Below, in pieces: positions 8,968 through 17,026 of a stretch of 32,935 bases of DNA. The notes under the pieces were generated by a model. The model was given only the letters and a program-made list of their open reading frames with translations. It had not been told where the DNA came from and made no database searches. The position numbers were made by a program, and so were the translations under genes. Numbering within the stretch: the first letter of the stretch is position 1; each line of letters starts with the position of its first letter. The DNA comes from a virus (Duplodnaviria; Caudoviricetes), in IMG/VR virus record IMGVR_UViG_3300012667_000666, positions 1-32,935 of that record; one strand, written 5' to 3'.

Positions 8968-9512
8968 TATAGAGTCTCCCCACCGACTGTACGGTTGCAA
9001 GCACACAACTCACCAGTTTGCAGTGCATCCAATACACGCAACGTTTCTTCTGGGCTACGACCAACATTCAGGTTGTTTACCGTGACGTGTTGGATTTCAT
9101 TGTTTGGATCGACAATGAATGTTGCGCGAAGTGCGGCACCTGCTGGAGAATAGAATACGCCAAGCTGTTCGATCAAGCTCAACTCACCGCGTTGTGTGTC
9201 GGCAAATTGTGTGTGAGTGATCTTTTGCAAGTCGCTGTGAGCCTTTTGCCATGCGACTTTACAGAACTCATTGTCTGTAGAGCCAGTGAGCAACACAGCA
9301 TCACGGTCAGCAAAGTCGCCTGTCAACTTATCATAAGCCACGATCTCGGTTGGGCAAACAAACGTGAAGTCCTTTGGATAGTATACGATTACTTTCCACT
9401 TGCCCTCAAAGCTCTGATCTGTAATTGTGAAGAATGCGTCTTCTGGTTGTCCTGGACGAACACCAGTAACTGCAAATGGGGCCAACTTATCACCGACTGT
9501 TTTCATTTTCAT
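8967..9512 (-). CDS. ahpC: 2-Cys peroxiredoxin AhpC
   Basis: YPKDFTFVCPTEI peroxidatic motif, RATFIVDP, GELCAC resolving Cys; start 9512 or 9506. Confidence 0.96.
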   Translation of the reverse strand: MKMKTVGDKLAPFAVTGVRPGQPEDAFFTITDQSFEGKWKVIVYYPKDFTFVCPTEIVAYDKLTGDFADRDAVLLTGSTDNEFCKVAWQKAHSDLQKITHTQFADTQRGELSLIEQLGVFYSPAGAALRATFIVDPNNEIQHVTVNNLNVGRSPEETLRVLDALQTGELCACNRTVGGETL

Positions 9513-9596
9513 TTCCTTTGTAAAGATTAATGTAAGATCTTTTCTTACTGACTGTATTATCTATTATACAAAGTATGAATTACAACGAGTCCAGCG

Positions 9597-9622
9597 ATTG
9601 GTATTCTTTATCGTAGCAATAG
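9597..9622 (-). promoter_or_regulatory. Partial OxyR-like box upstream of ahpC
   Basis: Minus strand reads CTAT-N7-ATAA-N7-CAAT, three of the four tetramers of ATAG-N7-CTAT-N7-ATAG-N7-CTAT. Confidence 0.35.
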
Positions 9623-10045
9623 TAACTGAACGCCTGCCTCATCAAACAACCGTTGCGTGGTATCAAAGTTGTATGCATTAAGCATGTCCATATCCTTATG
9701 ATCATAGTCGTATGTCACTACGGTCTTGATTCCGCGCTGGATAATCGACTTTGCACATTCATTGCATGGATGAAGCGTAGCGTACAATGTAGCGCCTTCC
9801 ACACTAACGAACGCATTATCGAGGGCATTGCGCTCGGCGTGGCATATCATCAGTCGTTTCAGACCCTTGTTAGTATACTTGCCATGGGAGTCGTCGATGC
9901 CGCGCGGGAATCCGTTGTATCCCATGCTGAGCACTTGTTTGTTATCGTTGACGATGACAGCGCCAACTTTCTTGGAAGGGTCTTTCGACCAACCCGCCAC
10001 GTGTCGGGCCAAATCCATAAATCGTGTATTCCATTGTGTATTCAT
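9608..10045 (-). CDS. cd: dCMP deaminase
   Basis: SKDPSKKVGAVI, GYNGFPRG, HAERNA and PCNECAK zinc motifs. Confidence 0.95.
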   Translation of the reverse strand: MNTQWNTRFMDLARHVAGWSKDPSKKVGAVIVNDNKQVLSMGYNGFPRGIDDSHGKYTNKGLKRLMICHAERNALDNAFVSVEGATLYATLHPCNECAKSIIQRGIKTVVTYDYDHKDMDMLNAYNFDTTQRLFDEAGVQLLLLR

Positions 10046-10051
10046 ATCATC

Positions 10052-10082
10052 ATTATATGACCAAACGTTGACCTAGGTCAAC
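10052..10082 (-). promoter_or_regulatory. Sigma70-type early promoter for cd, with a 16-bp perfect palindrome over the -35
   Basis: TTGACC-18 nt-TATAAT; palindrome GTTGACCTAGGTCAAC at 10067-10082. Confidence 0.6.
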
Positions 10083-10083
10083 A

Positions 10084-10091
10084 GATAAATA
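10084..10091 (+). promoter_or_regulatory. T4-type late promoter (GATAAATA); a second TATAAATA at 10134-10141
   Basis: Matches the NATAAATA elements seen before gp23 and gp3 in this window. Confidence 0.6.
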
Positions 10092-10140
10092 TAAGGACTG
10101 GTTGGATTTTACATTATGGTTTACTAAAAGAACTATAAAT

Positions 10141-10905
10141 ATGGATCCAATTACCCTCTTCGCTCTAGCTAACGGCGCCGTATCGGCCGTAAAGGCAGGT
10201 TGCAAACTATACAAAGACATCAAAGGCGCTGCCGGAGAAGTTAAGGAAGTTTTAAAAGACCTGGACGATCAGTTTCGCAAGAACACTGAGGGGAAAGTTG
10301 TATCCCCAGAAGCCAAGCGCCAATTTCACGAAGAGAAACAGCGGATAGTCGAGCTGAACAAGCAGGATCCAGGCGACGTATACTCAACAATCGGCGAGCA
10401 GCTCGGCGTATATTTTGAGAACCGCGCCAAGTGTATTGCTATCTGGGAAGAAGAAGAACGTCGCGCCAATGAGGTATATCAAGGTGCCGAGTCAATAGGT
10501 AAACGTGCTCTACAACGCGTTCTTATGCGTAAAAAGCTAGAGCAAATGGAAGTTGACCTACGTGAGCTGATGGTGTATCAGAGTCCCCCTGAGCTCGGAG
10601 GACTGTATAACGAAGTGTTCGAAATGATGGTAAAGATAACGGGCGAACAGACGGCCGCTCTTTCCAGAAAGATGCGCGATGAACACACCGCATACATTAA
10701 AAGAAAAAAACGAATCGAGAAACTTTGGGTTGAAGCAGCGTTCGGTATTGCTGGAATCGTGGTGGCAGCTGCGATTGGACTGACCTTTGCAATTGTCGTT
10801 GAAGATCGAATCGAGAAGTACCCTCACCTGGGCGATGAGTGGATCCCCACCACCCCAGAGCAAAGAGCGGAAGCCGCTAAACGTAAAATTTACATAGGAC
10901 GATAA
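10141..10905 (+). CDS. Hypothetical helical protein with an N-terminal amphipathic helix and a C-terminal TM helix
   Basis: Fills an otherwise non-coding gap; ATG 10141 (MDPITLFALANGAVSAVKAG); TM segment AAFGIAGIVVAAAIGLTFAIVV. Confidence 0.8.
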   Translation: MDPITLFALANGAVSAVKAGCKLYKDIKGAAGEVKEVLKDLDDQFRKNTEGKVVSPEAKRQFHEEKQRIVELNKQDPGDVYSTIGEQLGVYFENRAKCIAIWEEEERRANEVYQGAESIGKRALQRVLMRKKLEQMEVDLRELMVYQSPPELGGLYNEVFEMMVKITGEQTAALSRKMRDEHTAYIKRKKRIEKLWVEAAFGIAGIVVAAAIGLTFAIVVEDRIEKYPHLGDEWIPTTPEQRAEAAKRKIYIGR

Positions 10906-11051
10906 TGCCAAAAAAACGCGACTACCAAAATGTTTGGGAGTGGTTATTGGAAATGGGACCTGTGAAAGCTTTTATCCTACTCATAGCAATCGACGCAATC
11001 GTGGGATGCGGCGTGCTATGGGCATTGAACTGGTATGTTGAAAGATATTAA
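10905..11051 (+). CDS. 48-aa single-TM membrane protein (absent from the ORF track)
   Basis: MPKKRDYQNVWEWLLEMGPVKAFILLIAIDAIVGCGVLWALNWYVERY; TAATG overlap with the upstream gene; AGGA RBS; stop converges with regA. Confidence 0.6.
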   Translation: MPKKRDYQNVWEWLLEMGPVKAFILLIAIDAIVGCGVLWALNWYVERY

Positions 11052-11443
11052 ATCTTACGACCGATATTATACTTCGCTACCAATTCCCATTGTGCCTTCT
11101 CCTTGTGAGGAAGAACCTTTATTTGAGATAAAGGAGTCACAGGATCTGCACTTCTTGACGGATCGACTAATTCGATCAGCCCCCACTCATCTAGCAATCG
11201 AGCAATTGTGTTTCTACGACCAACATCTTCATCGGATAGATTGGTCGGCTTACCATCGAGCGCAAATAGCTCTTTGAAATGCACAATATAGTACTTGCCT
11301 TGCTTGTGCAGGATATGACATGACTGGTACAGCTTCATGTCTTTTTTTGACGCTACGCCGATACGGGTCAGCGTCTCTCTTACTTTCAGGAAATCATCTT
11401 CATTAACTAGACGCACCTCAATCAACTGGTCTACTACACTCAT
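11048..11443 (-). CDS. regA: Translational repressor RegA
   Basis: DDFLKVRETLTRIGVAS, LYQSCHILHKQGKYYIVHFKELFALDG; follows gp62. Confidence 0.97.
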   Translation of the reverse strand: MSVVDQLIEVRLVNEDDFLKVRETLTRIGVASKKDMKLYQSCHILHKQGKYYIVHFKELFALDGKPTNLSDEDVGRRNTIARLLDEWGLIELVDPSRSADPVTPLSQIKVLPHKEKAQWELVAKYNIGRKI

Positions 11444-11831
11444 TATTAACTCCACTCGTTAGTTTTATTCTTATCATGGAAATTTGTTGTTCCGAGAGTA
11501 GAGTGAGTGCCTGTCTGGCTTTTTCATCGTTGAATTGATAATACTGCTTTACTAGCTCCAACTCACTACTATCTTCCTTTTTGACCCACTTGGTATATCT
11601 TTTACCAGGTCGAATACTATTTAGAAGGTAGTGGAATTGGAGTTTTTTGTCTAGATGGCTGTACTTATTGATCTCATTCGCAAACATCAGCGTGTCTGGA
11701 AAGTATGAGAACTGCTTATTGACGACATACGGAACATATGCAGACTCTGCAGCTGCATCATTGTCCGTACCAGTCATGATGTCTTTCTTCGTTTTGCCGT
11801 TAATGGCATTCACATAGTCAAATGGGTTCAT
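11418..11831 (-). CDS. gp62: Clamp loader small subunit (gp62)
   Basis: YVPYVVNKQFSYFPDTLMFANEIN, LQFHYLLNSIR, KARQALTLL; gp44-gp62-regA synteny. Confidence 0.93.
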   Translation of the reverse strand: MNPFDYVNAINGKTKKDIMTGTDNDAAAESAYVPYVVNKQFSYFPDTLMFANEINKYSHLDKKLQFHYLLNSIRPGKRYTKWVKKEDSSELELVKQYYQFNDEKARQALTLLSEQQISMIRIKLTSGVNNECSRPVD

Positions 11832-12121
11832 TATATAATCATTCTAATTAAGCCTACCGTGTCGATTGTCGTCAGCAGGATGTAGTTAGCCAGCATACCA
11901 AACGATCGACGAGTGTAAGCAGCCCAAGCATATAAGGCACACCCAGTAATCCAAATAGGATATAGCACAAGAAGCGGAGGATTGGGCACTGTACTCGCCA
12001 TCGTGATGGAGCAACCAATAGAAATAGCCCAAGCGAGTAGCTCAATACAAAAACGAACAGGGTGACTTCTGTAGTCATCTTTAATCCATAAAAACGTCGT
12101 TAATATGATGTCATTCATCAA
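11831..12121 (-). CDS. Small membrane protein (about three TM helices)
   Basis: 96 aa hydrophobic ORF with overlapping start and stop codons on both sides. Confidence 0.75.
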   Translation of the reverse strand: MMNDIILTTFLWIKDDYRSHPVRFCIELLAWAISIGCSITMASTVPNPPLLVLYPIWITGCALYAWAAYTRRSFGMLANYILLTTIDTVGLIRMII

Positions 12122-12300
12122 ACAATCTCTTCGACTACGCCGAGCACTTCAGCTGCAATGAATAGGGCGCCAGCAATCGTAGCCCATACATTGATCCCGA
12201 TCATCATGATCGCAATGCCAGCAGCAATGCGCACCACGCTCTTAGCTAGGCTGACGTAGAAGTGACCTTTGCTTGTGTCTTTTGGTTGAATATCAATCAT
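12118..12300 (-). CDS. Small membrane protein (two TM helices)
   Basis: 60 aa; HFYVSLAKSVVRI...AEVLGVVEEIV; translationally coupled to neighbours. Confidence 0.7.
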   Translation of the reverse strand: MIDIQPKDTSKGHFYVSLAKSVVRIAAGIAIMMIGINVWATIAGALFIAAEVLGVVEEIV

Positions 12301-12520
12301 CTATAGTCACCGTTCCTTGTGTCTCAATCCACACACGAGCACCGCAGCTCAGTGGTTTATCTGGGGAATACACAACTCTGCTAGGACCGTTAATTGTGAC
12401 GGTATTAGCATATGTGTTAGTCTTATACGTCTTTACCGTCAACACCGGTTCACGGTTTTCAGCATCCTTCTTTATGTTGGCGCGGATGTGAGCCTGGTTG
12501 ACGTGGACGATCGTTTTCAT
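12293..12520 (-). CDS. Conserved phage hypothetical protein
   Basis: 75 aa; IVHVNQ...PVLTVK...PLSCGARVWIET; ATGA overlap with the gp44 stop. Confidence 0.8.
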   Translation of the reverse strand: MKTIVHVNQAHIRANIKKDAENREPVLTVKTYKTNTYANTVTINGPSRVVYSPDKPLSCGARVWIETQGTVTIDD

Positions 12521-13455
12521 TTAAATTCACACTCCACCATAACTTCAATCAGGTACGCGACCATATTGATCTCAGGATCAGCAACGAATGCATGCTTATG
12601 TTGGTAGTCCGCTGTGATCAATACGAGCTGCGGGATACTGGACGGCTTCAAGAACTCAGAGGCAGTGTCATAGAACTTCCTAAACAGCGTGACCGAGTCG
12701 AGGTCTGAGTTCTCCCCTACCCACTTACGAACTGTCGAGAATTCCTTGTTTTTCAACGCCTCTACTAGTTGCTTGAGTGTAGCCTCTTGAATGTTAGCTA
12801 ACATCCCGCTGTCAATCTTACCAGTCGCGGCATATCGTTGCAACTCGTTCAGTGTACGGCGGAAGTCTGGGAAATGCTTCTCAACAACAGCAGCAACAAC
12901 TTTAGGATCAGATTCAACGCCTTCAGTGTTGAGGATATCGACAACGCGTCTAAAGAAACGAGCAGCGAGCTTTGGCTTCTCAGCATTAGGAATCTTAAAT
13001 TCAACAACACTACAACGACTGTGCAGTTCTGGAATGATTCGATTCTTATAATTGCACGTTAAGATGAATCCGCAGTTCTTTGCAAACTCTTCCATGAAGT
13101 TACGAAGAGCAGGTTGCGTTGAGTTGGGGTTCAAGTAATCTGCTTCGTCGAGGATCACATACTTGCGGCCGCCAGTCAATGAGACTGCCGATGCGTACGT
13201 CAGGATCTCATTGCGCAGCGTATCAATATTACCATGCAAGCTACCGTTGATGATGATGAAGTCGCACCCCAGCTGCGTCAGCATAGCCTTAGCAGCTGTG
13301 GTCTTACCGACACCTGCGCGTCCGGTCAACAACAAGTTAGGGATTTCTTTATCATTAATAAATTGTTGAAATGTCTTAGCCAATTCAACTGGAAGTACCG
13401 CGTCGTCAATAGTCCTCGGACGATACTTCTCTGTCCACAAAAAATCTTCTCTCAT
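12517..13455 (-). CDS. gp44: Clamp loader large subunit, AAA+ ATPase (gp44)
   Basis: LWTEKYRP, Walker A GRAGVGKT, Walker B ILDEAD, SRC motif; start reassigned to ATG 13455. Confidence 0.97.
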   Translation of the reverse strand: MREDFLWTEKYRPRTIDDAVLPVELAKTFQQFINDKEIPNLLLTGRAGVGKTTAAKAMLTQLGCDFIIINGSLHGNIDTLRNEILTYASAVSLTGGRKYVILDEADYLNPNSTQPALRNFMEEFAKNCGFILTCNYKNRIIPELHSRCSVVEFKIPNAEKPKLAARFFRRVVDILNTEGVESDPKVVAAVVEKHFPDFRRTLNELQRYAATGKIDSGMLANIQEATLKQLVEALKNKEFSTVRKWVGENSDLDSVTLFRKFYDTASEFLKPSSIPQLVLITADYQHKHAFVADPEINMVAYLIEVMVECEFK

Positions 13456-13457
13456 AA

Positions 13458-14267
13458 TTAGGGTTTCGCCCACAAGTAAAAGTTACCACCATCGATATGA
13501 TGTAATGGGATCTGCTTTACAGCAATGCTCTTGTCATACTTCGTTGGGTACTTCTTAATGAAATACTCACGATTGTCAATTCCGAAGATTGACCCTTGAA
13601 ACGCTACAAACATAAAAGCAGGATCGATATGATCCAACATTTGCTCGCGTAAAGGCAACTCTATTTCACTCAACCCCCAAGTACTAAACACTAAAGTGTT
13701 CTTCGTTGGGACAATAGACGTATAGTCTGTCGTGAAGTTTACAGGATAGCCTTCTAAATTCTTCTGCGAGAATGGGATGATCGTAGGCAAATCGACAATG
13801 GTATACTTGCCTTTAAACCTAAATGCATCAAATGCCATTCTTGCCGACTCGCCAATGCCAGCGCCAATCTCAACAATATGATCGAACCGATCGTTGAGAT
13901 TAGATCCAGACATCTGCTTTAGCGTCAGCCAGTGATGGAACGACTTGATCGTCCATACACTAACGTCGCGCAATCTACGTGTTGGGCTAAACACCGTATC
14001 CGCATAGGACTCCGGCGTGTGGCCACGCATTGGTTCCTTCACAGCTCGAGCAAGTCTGTTGCTCGTCAATAGTCCAAGTTGATCGAAGTGTGCGGACACT
14101 TCTTGTAGATATAACACATCGAACGCGGTTGGCCGTTTGGCATATAGCGGAACCTTCTTAGCAATCCAATCGAACTTGTAGTTGTCCGATGGAGGTTCCA
14201 CCTTAGCCAAGTCAGCAACCTGACTCCAGTACTCTGGAGTCTCAGCTGGCCAATCACTCGTCGCCAT
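13458..14267 (-). CDS. SAM-dependent methyltransferase, putative sugar O-methyltransferase type
   Basis: IVEIGAGIGE (motif I), YTIVDLP, FSTWGLSE; likely start ATG 14267. Confidence 0.75.
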   Translation of the reverse strand: MATSDWPAETPEYWSQVADLAKVEPPSDNYKFDWIAKKVPLYAKRPTAFDVLYLQEVSAHFDQLGLLTSNRLARAVKEPMRGHTPESYADTVFSPTRRLRDVSVWTIKSFHHWLTLKQMSGSNLNDRFDHIVEIGAGIGESARMAFDAFRFKGKYTIVDLPTIIPFSQKNLEGYPVNFTTDYTSIVPTKNTLVFSTWGLSEIELPLREQMLDHIDPAFMFVAFQGSIFGIDNREYFIKKYPTKYDKSIAVKQIPLHHIDGGNFYLWAKP

Positions 14268-14430
14268 GGTTAGACTTATCGCCTTTACCAACACGACGCT
14301 CTTGTTCCTGAGCGAACACCACAGCGTCAATCAACGCACGCTTATAAGCGCTACGCTCATGCCTGTTGGTCATTGTACTCAACAAGTACTTGTAGTGCCG
14401 TGGGAACTTGAATGTAGAAGTCGTTTTCAA
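14254..14430 (-). CDS. 58-aa basic hypothetical protein (TTG start, absent from the ORF track)
   Basis: MKTTSTFKFPRHYKYLLSTMTNRHERSAYKRALIDAVVFAQEQERRVGKGDKSNHGDE; GGAGGA RBS within the gp45 end; fills the gap exactly. Confidence 0.6.
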   Translation of the reverse strand: MKTTSTFKFPRHYKYLLSTMTNRHERSAYKRALIDAVVFAQEQERRVGKGDKSNHGDE

Positions 14431-14432
14431 AA

Positions 14433-15092
14433 TTATCCTCCGAATGTAGATGAAGCTTCAGTTGCGATCCAGTACTCGACCACATCGCCCTTGAAAGACG
14501 CGATGCCTTTCGATGAGATATCGACTTGGTAAGTAGCTGGCATTAGTTTAATGTTCTCAGCTTTGAAAATCATGTTGAAGTTGTGGCCGGTCTCACCGAC
14601 CTCAATAGCAAAGCTATCGTTGCCAGGCTTCTTGCTGTCAACTGCCTTAACGTAGATTGTATGGCCATCGCCAGTAACCGACATTTCCGACAGACCCAAC
14701 ACTGCCATAGCCTTCTGAACACGAAGCAGCACGTCAGCAGACATCTCGAAAGAGATCTCTGGATCAGCAACCACAGGAGTCCTATCTGGTGGGGCAATGA
14801 TCGTAGACAGGTCAGCGAACGTGTAGTTGATCGTTTGGCGATCGTCTTTGATGTTCAGGTGGGTCTGCGTTGCAGTGATCGAGGGATTCTCGAACAACGA
14901 GATCACACTCATAAACTTACTCAGATCGTAAATAGCGAACGTGCCAGGCAAACCGCTGGTGGCGGTTGCCTGAGCCAGGATGGTTTTTCCTGGCGAAATC
15001 GTACGCAACTTTTGACCTTCTTTAAAACATATCGAAGGATTGATGCTAGAGAAGTTTTTAAGAATCGCTAGCGTCTGTTGTTCAAATTTCAT
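14433..15092 (-). CDS. gp45: Sliding clamp (gp45)
   Basis: TLAILKNFSSINPSI, FAIYDLSKF, ENIKLMPATYQVDIS, YWIATE. Confidence 0.96.
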   Translation of the reverse strand: MKFEQQTLAILKNFSSINPSICFKEGQKLRTISPGKTILAQATATSGLPGTFAIYDLSKFMSVISLFENPSITATQTHLNIKDDRQTINYTFADLSTIIAPPDRTPVVADPEISFEMSADVLLRVQKAMAVLGLSEMSVTGDGHTIYVKAVDSKKPGNDSFAIEVGETGHNFNMIFKAENIKLMPATYQVDISSKGIASFKGDVVEYWIATEASSTFGG

Positions 15093-15102
15093 TGTTTAGA
15101 TC

Positions 15103-15945
15103 TCACTTAGGTTTGATTTGGCTTTGATCGGCGGTAGCAGAAGCTCCGATCGATGCAAGGTCTGCCAAGCTGCCGCCGAACACATAGCTGCCGACGTGGC
15201 TTAGCTGCATCCATGGACAGAACCACACTCGACCACCCATCTTCTCGACGTGGTAGCAGAAGTTGTAGTCTTCGGACAGATAGCGCTTGCTTTCTGGGTC
15301 GATGATACAATCGAAATACGCGTGGATTTCACGTGAACCATCGAAGTGCTCTGTACGGACATGGTCCGGCTTGTAACTCAGCTCTGGGTACGCTTTTGCG
15401 TAGTCTTCGAACGTCTTACGGCGGGTCATCATGAAGCCAGTTCCGATCTCGCGAACTTCAACAGGCTCTCCGAGAGGAATCTCGCGTTGGTTGTGTTTAG
15501 GGTTGAACACATAGTCACCAACAAACTTCTCGAGGATGTTAGGATCCTTGTCTGCGACTCCCTTGTCGACAGCCATCTTGATCTTTTCCCATGAGATGCA
15601 CTTCTTAGGGTATGGACCACCGATAACGTCGTAAGGACTGTCGTCAGTTTGCAATGCCAACATAGCGATGACGTCTTGTGGGTTGAATCCGATATCGGAG
15701 TCAATGAACATCAGATGGGTAGCACCGCTACGCATAAACTCATCCACGCAGTAGTTACGTGCACGAGTAATCAATGACTCATTGAACAGATAGTACAACT
15801 GCAATGGAATGTTATACTTTGCACAGATTGCCGACAAGTCAGCAATGCTGCGAGTATACATGCCTGCGCATGCGCCGCCGTACATTGGGGTTGCGACGAA
15901 TAGTTTCTTCTTTTGAAGTTCGGCGATGTCTACTTTAATTTCCAT
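15103..15945 (-). CDS. GT-A fold glycosyltransferase-like protein
   Basis: LFVATPMYGG, ESLITRARN, LMFIDSDI (DxD), GTGFMM, YLSEDYNFC. Confidence 0.82.
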   Translation of the reverse strand: MEIKVDIAELQKKKLFVATPMYGGACAGMYTRSIADLSAICAKYNIPLQLYYLFNESLITRARNYCVDEFMRSGATHLMFIDSDIGFNPQDVIAMLALQTDDSPYDVIGGPYPKKCISWEKIKMAVDKGVADKDPNILEKFVGDYVFNPKHNQREIPLGEPVEVREIGTGFMMTRRKTFEDYAKAYPELSYKPDHVRTEHFDGSREIHAYFDCIIDPESKRYLSEDYNFCYHVEKMGGRVWFCPWMQLSHVGSYVFGGSLADLASIGASATADQSQIKPK

Positions 15946-15947
15946 AT

Positions 15948-16451
15948 TTAAGCTCCGTATTTTTTATCATGTTCAGATGTTAGGCCATAAGACCCAGAAT
16001 AAGAGTGCAATGCCTCAGCATTGAAACTCAAGTATTGACCGACGCGCGTACCTTTCTTAATACGTGCCTGGCCAATAGTAACGTGCAGTACACCGGCCAT
16101 AACACCGTGGTAACCAGAATCGTACAAACCAGAAGTAAGGAATAACCCGTTGCGGTTAAGAGTGCTGCGAGTGATAACCCATCCCGCTTCATTCTCTCCA
16201 ACGTGGATAATGTTTTCCATAACCACTTCATAATGTCCAGGTTCGAGATTAAAGTATCCCTCGTTGTCCGGTTTGATTTCATATTCGGTACCTCTATGAG
16301 TTTTATCTTCATTAGATACCTGGAACAAATCCGACTTCACTTTGAAGATCTTATCTACACGGAGATCGACAGCGTTTGGCTGTACGTCCCCTTCCTTCAC
16401 TTGCGTCAATGTTGACCTGGAATCAGGTCCCATAATGTGTTTCATTTCCAC
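15948..16451 (-). CDS. Trimeric dUTPase / dCTP deaminase superfamily protein
   Basis: QPNAVDLRV, TRSTLNRNG, GLYDSGYHG, RVGQ and YSGSY motifs. Confidence 0.88.
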   Translation of the reverse strand: MEMKHIMGPDSRSTLTQVKEGDVQPNAVDLRVDKIFKVKSDLFQVSNEDKTHRGTEYEIKPDNEGYFNLEPGHYEVVMENIIHVGENEAGWVITRSTLNRNGLFLTSGLYDSGYHGVMAGVLHVTIGQARIKKGTRVGQYLSFNAEALHSYSGSYGLTSEHDKKYGA

Positions 16452-17026
16452 TCCTCAATAAATTTATCTACCATATCGATGACACTATTTTGTAGGTTGA
16501 TGAATGATCCCGTATTATGGATCACATAGTCAACATCATCATCGCTAAATCCCTGCTCAGTAACATGGCCATCATAGTAGTGATCTGGGCGCACGATCTT
16601 AACTACCTTAGCATTAATGCTACGCAACATATCATATTCATTCTCAAACCGCAGGTCAGTGACGACACTGATCCTCTCCTTATCATGAGTGGCAGAGTTG
16701 ATCTGATCGCTCACATACTTGGTGAATTGGTTTACATCATACTCACGCATCAGCATACCAATCTCGCGCACAACATGACGGCCCTCTACAACGTGTGTGA
16801 GGTGGCCAGGAAGTTGATACGTTAGGTTAGAGCGCTTGAAAAGATCGTACTGATCTAAGCTGTGTGGGTTGAGGTCAAATATATGTTGAATGACCTTCTT
16901 GATTGGGTCTGCAAAGGCAATACGCTGTACCTGATAAGATCGGTGAGCGTACTGTCTCTGAATAATATCTGCCACTGTATCCTTACCGCTACCCTTCGGT
17001 CCGGTCAGTGCTATCACATGCCGCAT
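16442..17026 (-). CDS. Deoxynucleoside monophosphate kinase (T4 gp1-like)
   Basis: P-loop GPKGSGKDT, AFADPIK, VTDLRFENE, HVTE. Confidence 0.9.
   Translation of the reverse strand: MRHVIALTGPKGSGKDTVADIIQRQYAHRSYQVQRIAFADPIKKVIQHIFDLNPHSLDQYDLFKRSNLTYQLPGHLTHVVEGRHVVREIGMLMREYDVNQFTKYVSDQINSATHDKERISVVTDLRFENEYDMLRSINAKVVKIVRPDHYYDGHVTEQGFSDDDVDYVIHNTGSFINLQNSVIDMVDKFIEEWK

Noticed and set aside
10558-10911. 117-aa minus-strand ORF matching the dominant strand
   Set aside because: The plus-strand ORF is longer, has late promoter elements, a coupled downstream ORF and more protein-like composition
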